A stretch of DNA of 64,000 nt, taken from NCBI RefSeq assembly GCF_937951745.1, contig NZ_CALFBQ010000057.1, positions 11,796 through 75,795 on the forward strand, read 5' to 3'. Under the pieces are notes generated by a model. It saw only the letters and a list, made by a program, of their open reading frames with translations. It was not told where the DNA came from and ran no database searches. This document shows, piece by piece, positions 53,940-61,595 of this stretch. The translations under genes were made by a program, and so were the position numbers. Source of the DNA: an uncultured Chloroflexus sp. (GTDB lineage Bacteria; Chloroflexota; Chloroflexia; Chloroflexales; Chloroflexaceae). Positions within the stretch are counted from its first letter, which is position 1, and every line of letters starts with the position of its first letter.

Positions 53940-55214
53940 GTGATTATAATGGACTTATCTTATTTTGACAAAGTGTGTTTCTCCATGCGTTCGCTACCCT
54001 CTAACCACGTACCCTACCGACTAGCTGGCGCGATTGCTGCGTTGAGCGGCAGCGGAATGCTGCTACGCATCCAGCGCCAGCCATTCACCACATTACAAGG
54101 CTTCATCGTGATTGATGGCTTGAGTTGTCTCGTGCTGATCACGGCAGGTCTTCTCATGTTCACTATGCCAGCCCACTGGCGCCGCTTGGGGCAACTGGCG
54201 GCGCTTGGCATAGCGATACTGAGCGGTCATCTGGCTGGCATTGCTATGGGCCTGCTGGTAACGCTGATCGTGAGCGAACGTTGGCGGGAACGAGGGGCTG
54301 GGTTAGCGTTGGCCGCAGGGTATGGCTTGATCGGCTGGTTGGCATCATCATGGCACGTGAACGCCAGCGGCGATGGCTTGAATAGCCTTAGCTTCATCTT
54401 GCTCTTGGCTGGAACAGCAATTGCCGCCGGCATCCTCGATCTCACTACTTCCAAACGAGGACCATTTGAGCCACTAGCGACGCTAGCCGGCATTGCCGCC
54501 GTACTACGATTGTTTAGCGTGGGATCGTGGAATCTGGGTTGGCAGTTGGCAATGCTGCTGGTAGGCGGCATGCTAGCGATTAGCACGGCGTGGCGGGCGG
54601 CCACAGCGACTGAGCCGCTGGAAACGGAGGAGTGGCTGCAACGTAGTTTGAGCGGCTTAGCTCTCACCGCGACCGGATGCGCCTCACCGGCTGGGGTAGC
54701 GGCTGCCGGGTTGCTACTGCTACAGCTCACCTTCCGCCGGCTGGCGCAACCAACCGCGGGAACAGCAGCGTGGGCCGGTTGGCTGTTAGCCGGCGCCGTG
54801 CCGGGAACCCTAGGCTTTGTCGCGTTCTGGTCGGCCAGCGCCGCAGCGATGGCTGCCGGCGTGCCGGTCTTGGCCATTGTTGTGTGGGCCACTGCATTGT
54901 TGTGCATGCTGGCGGCGAGCCGCCACATGCAAGGGCCGGGCCGTTGGTCAAGCGCAGCCAGCGCGCTGGCCGGTCTCGTGCTCGGCCTTGCAGCACCAGC
55001 GTTAGCGCGTTGGCTGCTCCGCCCGCTCAGCGACCATCTCCAAGGCGGGTTGACCCCGTATGGCACGATCGAACCATGGGGATGGGCTGGGTTGCTGGCG
55101 CTCGACTCCGGCGCGCGCACAGTAGCGACCGCGCCGGGACTAGCGTTGTCCGCGTTGATGGGGCTGTTCGGCGCGCTCGTCTGGCTGATCAGTCGCTGGC
55201 GCGGGTGGGTATGA
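53940..55214 (+). CDS. polytopic Ala/Leu/Gly-rich membrane protein, unknown function
   Basis: 424 aa with more than 10 hydrophobic segments. The start is uncertain. Confidence 0.5.
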   Translation: MIIMDLSYFDKVCFSMRSLPSNHVPYRLAGAIAALSGSGMLLRIQRQPFTTLQGFIVIDGLSCLVLITAGLLMFTMPAHWRRLGQLAALGIAILSGHLAGIAMGLLVTLIVSERWRERGAGLALAAGYGLIGWLASSWHVNASGDGLNSLSFILLLAGTAIAAGILDLTTSKRGPFEPLATLAGIAAVLRLFSVGSWNLGWQLAMLLVGGMLAISTAWRAATATEPLETEEWLQRSLSGLALTATGCASPAGVAAAGLLLLQLTFRRLAQPTAGTAAWAGWLLAGAVPGTLGFVAFWSASAAAMAAGVPVLAIVVWATALLCMLAASRHMQGPGRWSSAASALAGLVLGLAAPALARWLLRPLSDHLQGGLTPYGTIEPWGWAGLLALDSGARTVATAPGLALSALMGLFGALVWLISRWRGWV

Positions 55215-55915
55215 GCGATCTGCTGGGCACGTTTGGCCAAGGGTGGCCGCGATTGTTGCTCTACCCCGGCGGGTTGAGCGCGGTGTTAGCTGCGTTGCTC
55301 TTAGCGCGGGTGCGGGGTATCCGGCAAATGGAACCACTCACTGCGCCAAGATTGATCGATCTGTTGCCGCCGCTCAGCGCTATTGCGCTGCTTCCACTCG
55401 CCCCGGCGGCGGCGTTCGCTTACAGTCTCGATTTACTAACCGCCGTAACGTTGTTGCTTTGGCCGGAATTGCGCCGCGCCGCCGCCGAGCGCTGCGATCC
55501 GAACCAGCTCGCCGCGCAATACCTGCCCACCTTCCTTGCCGCGCTCGCGCTGGTTAGCGCAGCAGGCACCTTCGAGCTTAGCGGCCTGTTACGCTGGCCG
55601 CCTAGCCCGATGCGGCAGGCAGCATTCCTCCTCGGTGCAGGGGCTTGGATCGTCGCTATCCCGCGCCTTGCCCCGCCCCAACCCCATCTAGCTGCCGCTT
55701 GCAGCGCATTAGGTCTCATGCTAGTCGGAATATTGCCGCTCAGCGCCGCCATCAACACCATCACTGTCGCCCCGGCGTGGCTAAGTGTAGCGGCAGCGAT
55801 GGCAATCGCGCTAGCCGGTATAGCGGCATCGTGCCGCTTACCGGTACAATGGGGATATGGATGGGCAATCGCGGCGTTGGTAGCGACAAGTGGCGTGCTG
55901 CTCGATAGCGGCTGA
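55211..55915 (+). CDS. polytopic membrane protein, translationally coupled to the previous gene
   Basis: ATGA overlap at 55211-55214. 234 aa with about 7 hydrophobic segments. The listed ORF (54677 start) is an out-of-frame overlap extension. Confidence 0.5.
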   Translation: MSDLLGTFGQGWPRLLLYPGGLSAVLAALLLARVRGIRQMEPLTAPRLIDLLPPLSAIALLPLAPAAAFAYSLDLLTAVTLLLWPELRRAAAERCDPNQLAAQYLPTFLAALALVSAAGTFELSGLLRWPPSPMRQAAFLLGAGAWIVAIPRLAPPQPHLAAACSALGLMLVGILPLSAAINTITVAPAWLSVAAAMAIALAGIAASCRLPVQWGYGWAIAALVATSGVLLDSG

Positions 55916-55945
55916 AGCAAGGGCGCGGTTTATCGCGCCCCAATG

Positions 55946-56572
55946 CTAGGCCGCATCCACCGAGCGATAGCCGCCATTACCGTGCGGATGGAAGGTATCG
56001 CTCAGATTAGCGATGATCGTGCGGGCCAGACTCATCTCCGAACGCAACAGCCGGCGCAGGCTCTGCACGTCACGGTCTTCCCACTGCTCGAACAGGTCAA
56101 CCATCGTTGAGCTGACTAACTGCACCGCTTCCAATTCAACCCGTTGCCCGGCAGGTTGATACACGCGCCGCACTTCCACCGAAACCGGCTCAACCTCGGC
56201 TATCTCAGCCGGAAAGTGGCGCTCGAAGGCGGTATGGACAGCGCGCTGAAACATGCGCACCAGTTCAATGTCGCTCCGATCACGGTGATTGGTCAGCGTC
56301 ACCGTGTACGTCATGGTCAATTCGAGCGGATCAGCCGGCAAATCACGGCCTTCGCTAATCAGTTGATGTACCGGCGACCACGTAAAGTTAATCTCAAGCC
56401 ACGGCGGCATCGTCGCCAAGGTTAACGGCTCGGCGTGATCGGGGAAGAGTTCAATCTTGCAGGTACGATCGTGCGTGGCGGGGATGACGCTCTCTATGAG
56501 CGCGTGTTCATGCAGGCCAACGCTAAGCCATGCATCTTCCAGCGCCATCACGAGATCGTCGTAGGTTACCAT
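55946..56572 (-). CDS. hypothetical cytoplasmic protein
   Basis: I chose the ATG at 56572 (aaggag SD 7 nt upstream). The longer listed ORF overlaps the crp gene. Confidence 0.5.
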   Translation of the reverse strand: MVTYDDLVMALEDAWLSVGLHEHALIESVIPATHDRTCKIELFPDHAEPLTLATMPPWLEINFTWSPVHQLISEGRDLPADPLELTMTYTVTLTNHRDRSDIELVRMFQRAVHTAFERHFPAEIAEVEPVSVEVRRVYQPAGQRVELEAVQLVSSTMVDLFEQWEDRDVQSLRRLLRSEMSLARTIIANLSDTFHPHGNGGYRSVDAA

Positions 56573-56717
56573 CAATTGCACTCCTTGCAACAGTATCATA
56601 ACCTCTCGATTGTACCCGAGTCTGGCGATGATGGCAACCGCCGTTAGCCGGATATCATCGGTACTATTACTGTAACACGAGAACGTAGTTGTTACGGTAT
56701 AATTCCGTAGAGAATAT

Positions 56718-57389
56718 TTACCCGGATGCCAAGCGGCGCAATTGGGCAAGATCGACCAAAACGATTGCATCGTCAGCGATCCGGATGAGGTTAGCCTCGC
56801 GCAAATCGCCCAGCGCCTTCGTTACCGTCTCGCGGTAGGCGCCGATCATCTCGGCCAATTGCTGGTGGGTATAACGGACGAGCGTAGCCGGCGTTGCGCC
56901 ATCAGCCGGATCGCCGGCCAAATCGAGCAACAGGGCTGCCAATCGCTGCGGCACGCTCTTGAACGCAATATCGGCCAGCCGCTGCTCCATAGTGCGCAAG
57001 CGAGCCCCCATCAACTCCATCAGATCAATCGCCGCTCCCGGATGGCGGCTAAGAAAAGCGCGCAACGCTTCCCGCTCGATCCGCGCTACAAGGCACTCGG
57101 TCATCGCTTCGGCACAAGTATCGTGAATTCCCGGCCCAATCAGCGCCATTTCACCAAACAAACTAGGTGGATGGAGCACCAATAAGGTCAACGCCCGCCC
57201 TTCCGGCGAGAGCTTATAAATCCTGACCCGGCCTTGTTGCAAGAGAAAGACGTGCGTGCCGGCTTCATTCGGCATATGGAAGATATGCCCCGCCGGATAC
57301 GAACCAATCTGCAATAATGCCGCCAGATCGGCTTGGGCCGCTGGGTCAAGATCGGGGAAGAGCGTCAAGAGATTCTGGCGGTTGGTCAT
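56718..57389 (-). CDS. Crp/Fnr-family transcriptional regulator
   Basis: cNMP-binding beta-roll (GRVRIYKLSPEGRALTL...LFGEMAL) and C-terminal HTH (THQQLAEMIGAYRETVTKALGDL). Confidence 0.85.
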   Translation of the reverse strand: MTNRQNLLTLFPDLDPAAQADLAALLQIGSYPAGHIFHMPNEAGTHVFLLQQGRVRIYKLSPEGRALTLLVLHPPSLFGEMALIGPGIHDTCAEAMTECLVARIEREALRAFLSRHPGAAIDLMELMGARLRTMEQRLADIAFKSVPQRLAALLLDLAGDPADGATPATLVRYTHQQLAEMIGAYRETVTKALGDLREANLIRIADDAIVLVDLAQLRRLASG

Positions 57390-58150
57390 GGTCTGGTTTC
57401 CTCAACCACAAAGCGCGTACCGCCATCGCTGAGACCAGCCAAATTTGTGATCCGGACGCTCGCGGCACCACGGCTGAGGACGGCCAAGGCTGCCCGTACC
57501 TTCGGAATCATGCCGCCGCTGATGACCCCTGTTGCGATATACGCCTCCGTTGCCGAAGGGGTGAGCGTTGGCACGACCCGGCCTTCAACCAACACACCCG
57601 GCACATTGCTGACAAACACCAATTCAGCGCCGCTGAGTGCGCCGGCCACGGCTTCGGCCACCATATCGGCGTTCACGTTGTAGCTCAGGCCATCGGCGTT
57701 CCCCAACGCCACCGGCGCAATCACCGGCAACCAACCCAACGCCAGCATCTGGCGCAACGCTGCGCCATCAACCGTTGTCACCACCCCCACCCGGCCCAAA
57801 TCGCGCCCGTTAGGCCGGTAAGGGTCACAACGAAGCAGACCGAGGTCAAGCCCGCTGAGACCGATCGCGCGCACGCCGGCATTAACCAGTGCAGTCACAA
57901 TCCGCTTATTGATCGTGCCACAGACAACCATTTGCATCATCGCCATCACTTCCGGCGAAGTCACCCGCAAACCATCAACAAACTCTACCTGCAAACCGGC
58001 CTGCTCGACAGCCGCGCTGATCTCTTTCCCGCCGCCATGCACTAGCACCACTGGCTGATGCATGGTACGAATTGTTTCAGTCAGACCTCCCAGAAACGCC
58101 GGATCGTCGAGTTCGTGGCCGCTGACTTTGATCACACTGATGGGATTCAT
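57386..58150 (-). CDS. argB: acetylglutamate kinase family (ArgB, or LysZ-type)
   Basis: VIKVSGHEL, VVLVHGGGKEI, YNVNADMVA, GGMIPKV. I chose the start at ATG 58150. The longer listed ORF runs into the palindromic repeat. Confidence 0.8.
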   Translation of the reverse strand: MNPISVIKVSGHELDDPAFLGGLTETIRTMHQPVVLVHGGGKEISAAVEQAGLQVEFVDGLRVTSPEVMAMMQMVVCGTINKRIVTALVNAGVRAIGLSGLDLGLLRCDPYRPNGRDLGRVGVVTTVDGAALRQMLALGWLPVIAPVALGNADGLSYNVNADMVAEAVAGALSGAELVFVSNVPGVLVEGRVVPTLTPSATEAYIATGVISGGMIPKVRAALAVLSRGAASVRITNLAGLSDGGTRFVVEETRP

Positions 58151-58209
58151 ACGGTTATTCCGTTCATTATGGATAACAGTATTGCTCTGCATTATTGCCG
58201 CTTTCCACC

Positions 58210-58332
58210 TGTCATTGCGAGCCACGCGGCACAGCAATCTCCTCCGAACACAGAATGCACCCGTTCAGCGTTCGTTCTCACCACAGCGGGAGATTGCTAC
58301 CGTCGGGTGCTACCCACTCCCTCACAATGACA
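58210..58332. repeat. second copy of the nested palindromic (REP/MITE-like) element
   Basis: tgtcattgcgag (58210-58221), cacagcaatctcctcc (58230-58245), gggagattgct (58288-58298), ctcacaatgaca (58321-58332). Confidence 0.75.
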
Positions 58333-58392
58333 ACAGTTCAGCCATCCCAGCCGCTAGTGCAGGTGTGGGCAACCCCTGCGCAATGACCAACC

Positions 58393-59340
58393 TCACGCCG
58401 CCAACCGCACCCCACCGTTCGCCGCTTGCTGGATGCGCCGAGCCAGATCGACACCATTGCGCTCGGCCAGCATCTGCCGGTAGTGAAGCGTACTCCAGAT
58501 TGGCAACAGCGGCATCGCTGCTGTCAACCCAATCACCCACGCCACTGCGCTCAAGCCGCGGGTAAGTGGATGTTCCGCGCCGAACAGCAGACCAAAGGGC
58601 GCAGGCAGCAACACCGCCATCGTCAGCGTCACAATCACCGCTAACACGCCGAAGAGCAACGCCGCGCAGGCAAAAACAAGCACATTATAGTAGAAACGCC
58701 GGAAGAGCAGACTCCACGAGAGCTTGAATGCAAGCCCGATGGAAATGGTGTCATCAATGAGCGGTTGGATGCTATACAAAGCGGCCACCAGACCAGCGGC
58801 GCTAAGAACGAGATAGAGAAAATACGCTATGAGAGCCATGATGATAATTAAGGGCACAAACACGATCAAAGCGCTGGTACTTAACGCCGTACTTGTAACG
58901 GCAACTACAGCGAACAGTACACAAAAAACGATAAAGAATAAGACTCCGCCAAGCGACGACATGATCATCACCCAAACCAACGCCATTACCCCACCGTATA
59001 TACTAGCGATTATCCAGCGCCCGATCTGTGGCCAACGCCATATAACGCGGCGCAGCGGCAGCGGCTGTCCATCGACCGCTATCCGGGTGGCGCGCGTCAG
59101 CGGCGGGATCATGAGTAAGGAAGTACAGAGCAGACTGATAAGAATCAGGAACAGATCCTCAAACAACATGTCCTCAATATCGCCGAGTGAAAAGAGCAGA
59201 TTGAACGTCACTACCAGCGCCGGCAAACTAAACAGACCGGCCAACAGCGCAAAGGTGCTGAGGTATTGCCGATAAAGATTGACGCCTTCATCAAGCAGAC
59301 TGATCACTTCTTGCAACGTTGAACGCCGGGTATTGCGCAT
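58393..59340 (-). CDS. polytopic membrane protein, unknown function
   Basis: 315 aa with about 7 TM helices. Same strand as, and downstream of, the DUF4350 gene. Confidence 0.55.
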   Translation of the reverse strand: MRNTRRSTLQEVISLLDEGVNLYRQYLSTFALLAGLFSLPALVVTFNLLFSLGDIEDMLFEDLFLILISLLCTSLLMIPPLTRATRIAVDGQPLPLRRVIWRWPQIGRWIIASIYGGVMALVWVMIMSSLGGVLFFIVFCVLFAVVAVTSTALSTSALIVFVPLIIIMALIAYFLYLVLSAAGLVAALYSIQPLIDDTISIGLAFKLSWSLLFRRFYYNVLVFACAALLFGVLAVIVTLTMAVLLPAPFGLLFGAEHPLTRGLSAVAWVIGLTAAMPLLPIWSTLHYRQMLAERNGVDLARRIQQAANGGVRLAA

Positions 59341-59387
59341 CGGTTTGACCTCTCCGAACGTGTCGAGATAGACCGGCAGGCTTGTCG

Positions 59388-60530
59388 CTAGCCAACTCGA
59401 TCGGCTTCGGCAACAAGCCGCAATAACTCTGCCTCGCTCAGATCGGCGCGCCGTAACTCGGCCAGCACCCGGCTCAGGACTGCGCGATCGATCGGGCGAA
59501 TCGCGGCCAATTCCGCGACAAAAGCATCATCGTCAAGCGCAAGCGAAATGCCATACGGCTGGCCTAGCCGTCGTCGGAGCATGTGCCGGTAATGTTCGGC
59601 AGCGTAGGAAATCTGTTTCGCGCGGCGCAGCATGCCAGCCATACTGTCGATGAATTCGATACTGCTGCGGCGAGTGGCCTCGCTGCGCAACGGCAGTGGG
59701 CGAGCGAACCGGCGACTGCCGGTTAGGATGTACAGGCCAACCATCGCCACACTGTAAAGGATGGCCCAACCAAGCGGATTGCTTAGCAACAAGCTGCGCA
59801 AATCGGTTGACGGGCCGAAGCCGTGGTGAAATTCATCGAACACGATCCGCTCGCCGGGAGGCAACCAGCGGAGCAGGTTGAGCGCCAGCGCCGCCGATTC
59901 AGGCTCACGCAGGCCTTGGTTGGTGAAGGGATACACGCTTGACAAGGCGAATACATAACCATCACCGAAGCGTTGGCCGGCTACGATCGTCGTTGCACCA
60001 TCAGCCGCCAGCGGCGCAAACGCTGGCAACGGCGAGGTCACAGCCAACACCACGCGTGTATATGCCGGCACGTGAGCGACCGGCGGCGCGCCGAGCGCGG
60101 GGTGCAAAACAGCAGCAGTGGTGATACGTCGTTCGCTTGCGATGAGTTTGAGATCAAACGCAGCCAACAATGGTGACACGGCACTCTGCGGACTGGGCAC
60201 ATTGTCAGCTACCACGAGAACACCACCCGCTTTGACCCACTCGACCACGGCCTCAACCTGCGCCGGCTGGTAACGTTCACTCGGCCCTAACACCAACAGT
60301 AGCCCGTCATTCGGAGTCAAGACAAACGGGCGATAGGCCAGCCGGTCAACCTGCCCATACACCCGCGTGAGCCAACGATAGAGCGCCAGCGCACCATTAT
60401 CGTTACTGCTAAACGAGGTCACCCGCGCGTCAGGGGTGCGCTGGCCGGCCTGCTCGGCGCTGTAGGCGGCAAAGAGACCAAGACCGGCAAAGAGCGTAAT
60501 CAGCAAGATCAATTCAAGCCGCAACTTCAT
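59388..60530 (-). CDS. DUF4350-like protein
   Basis: N-terminal TM helix, then GALALYRWL...LLVLGP...WVKAGGVLVV, a late TM helix and a C-terminal helical part. The pattern is recalled from DUF4350 proteins. Confidence 0.55.
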   Translation of the reverse strand: MKLRLELILLITLFAGLGLFAAYSAEQAGQRTPDARVTSFSSNDNGALALYRWLTRVYGQVDRLAYRPFVLTPNDGLLLVLGPSERYQPAQVEAVVEWVKAGGVLVVADNVPSPQSAVSPLLAAFDLKLIASERRITTAAVLHPALGAPPVAHVPAYTRVVLAVTSPLPAFAPLAADGATTIVAGQRFGDGYVFALSSVYPFTNQGLREPESAALALNLLRWLPPGERIVFDEFHHGFGPSTDLRSLLLSNPLGWAILYSVAMVGLYILTGSRRFARPLPLRSEATRRSSIEFIDSMAGMLRRAKQISYAAEHYRHMLRRRLGQPYGISLALDDDAFVAELAAIRPIDRAVLSRVLAELRRADLSEAELLRLVAEADRVG

Positions 60531-61510
60531 GATAACGTTCCCGCTGGTTGTTTGGTCAAGGACTGCACCGCCGCCACCTGCTGTTCATAACGGGCGAACG
60601 CTTGGTCATCGATCGGCTGGAAACCGTACCACACCGCGTCGAAGGTTGCCACCACCGGCGCGAGCAGATCACGCACCGGCGGCTGGTTCTGCAGCCGGTG
60701 GAGGTGTTCGCGGTTGGTAAGCGACCGTTCGTAGCCCAACAACCCCTGTTCATCCAGCCAGAGCAGAGCAGCGAGATAAAGATAGCGCACCGCGCTGCGC
60801 CGATCACCGACTCGGCGCGCTTCAGCGGCCAAACGTTGCGCCTCACTGTACGTCACCGGATCATCGCCATCGGCGACCGGTGTCTTGACCGGCGCGCGCA
60901 GGGTGCGGCGCACACCACGCACCCAGAAGAAGAGCAAACCAACGATCAAGGCGGCTGCAATCCCTAATATGGTCCAGACTAGCGGGGTAAACACAACGGG
61001 ATTGGCTGGCGGCCCGTCAGGAGCCGGAACATCTGGGGGATTTGGGGTCAGTTGATCGAGCAGATCAAACAACCAATTTAAAAATCGGGTTAGCCATCCC
61101 TCCCCTGCACGATTGAAGGGAGGCTCGTTGTACACCGCTTGCCACTGGCGCAACGCTACTTCCGGCGACACAACGCCGGGTGGCGCTAACGCATCGATCA
61201 ATGCCCCTAGTCGGGCGGCAATCGCTGGCAAATCGGGAGCGCTGGAGGCTAGCGCCGTTGTAAGCCAGCTCTGATCGACGTGCGCAAGCTGGCCGTCAGG
61301 CATACGCACCTGCTTGATCGTCGCCAATTCACCCGCCAGCACCTGTACATCAAGCAGATCGCCGCGCTGCGCCGCAGCATGGGCAGCCCGTAGTAACCGA
61401 TCGTAATCAGCCAACGACACTTCAGCGGGTTGGGCCGCAACCAGTGCCGGCCATCCCCACCAAATGGCGAAAAAGATGATTAGTAATCGGCGAAATCTCA
61501 TCCTTTTCAT
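60527..61510 (-). CDS. DUF4129-like protein
   Basis: Signal/TM helix, a mid TM helix, and a C-terminal RSAVRYLYLAALLWLDEQGLL...SLTNREHL...FDAVWYG motif typical of DUF4129. 4-nt overlap with the next gene. Confidence 0.65.
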   Translation of the reverse strand: MKRMRFRRLLIIFFAIWWGWPALVAAQPAEVSLADYDRLLRAAHAAAQRGDLLDVQVLAGELATIKQVRMPDGQLAHVDQSWLTTALASSAPDLPAIAARLGALIDALAPPGVVSPEVALRQWQAVYNEPPFNRAGEGWLTRFLNWLFDLLDQLTPNPPDVPAPDGPPANPVVFTPLVWTILGIAAALIVGLLFFWVRGVRRTLRAPVKTPVADGDDPVTYSEAQRLAAEARRVGDRRSAVRYLYLAALLWLDEQGLLGYERSLTNREHLHRLQNQPPVRDLLAPVVATFDAVWYGFQPIDDQAFARYEQQVAAVQSLTKQPAGTLS

Positions 61511-61595
61511 CCTTGACCGTCAGAAAACTTTACGCTATAGTAAAAACAAGTGTGTAACAAAGCCTGTGCAACAATGTCTTGTGGGAGGATAACCA

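Noticed and set aside
54227-55240. 337-aa minus-strand ORF
   Set aside because: It is antisense to the 53940-55214 membrane-protein gene. Its Ala/Pro/Ser/Arg-rich composition contrasts with the clear TM periodicity of the sense frame.
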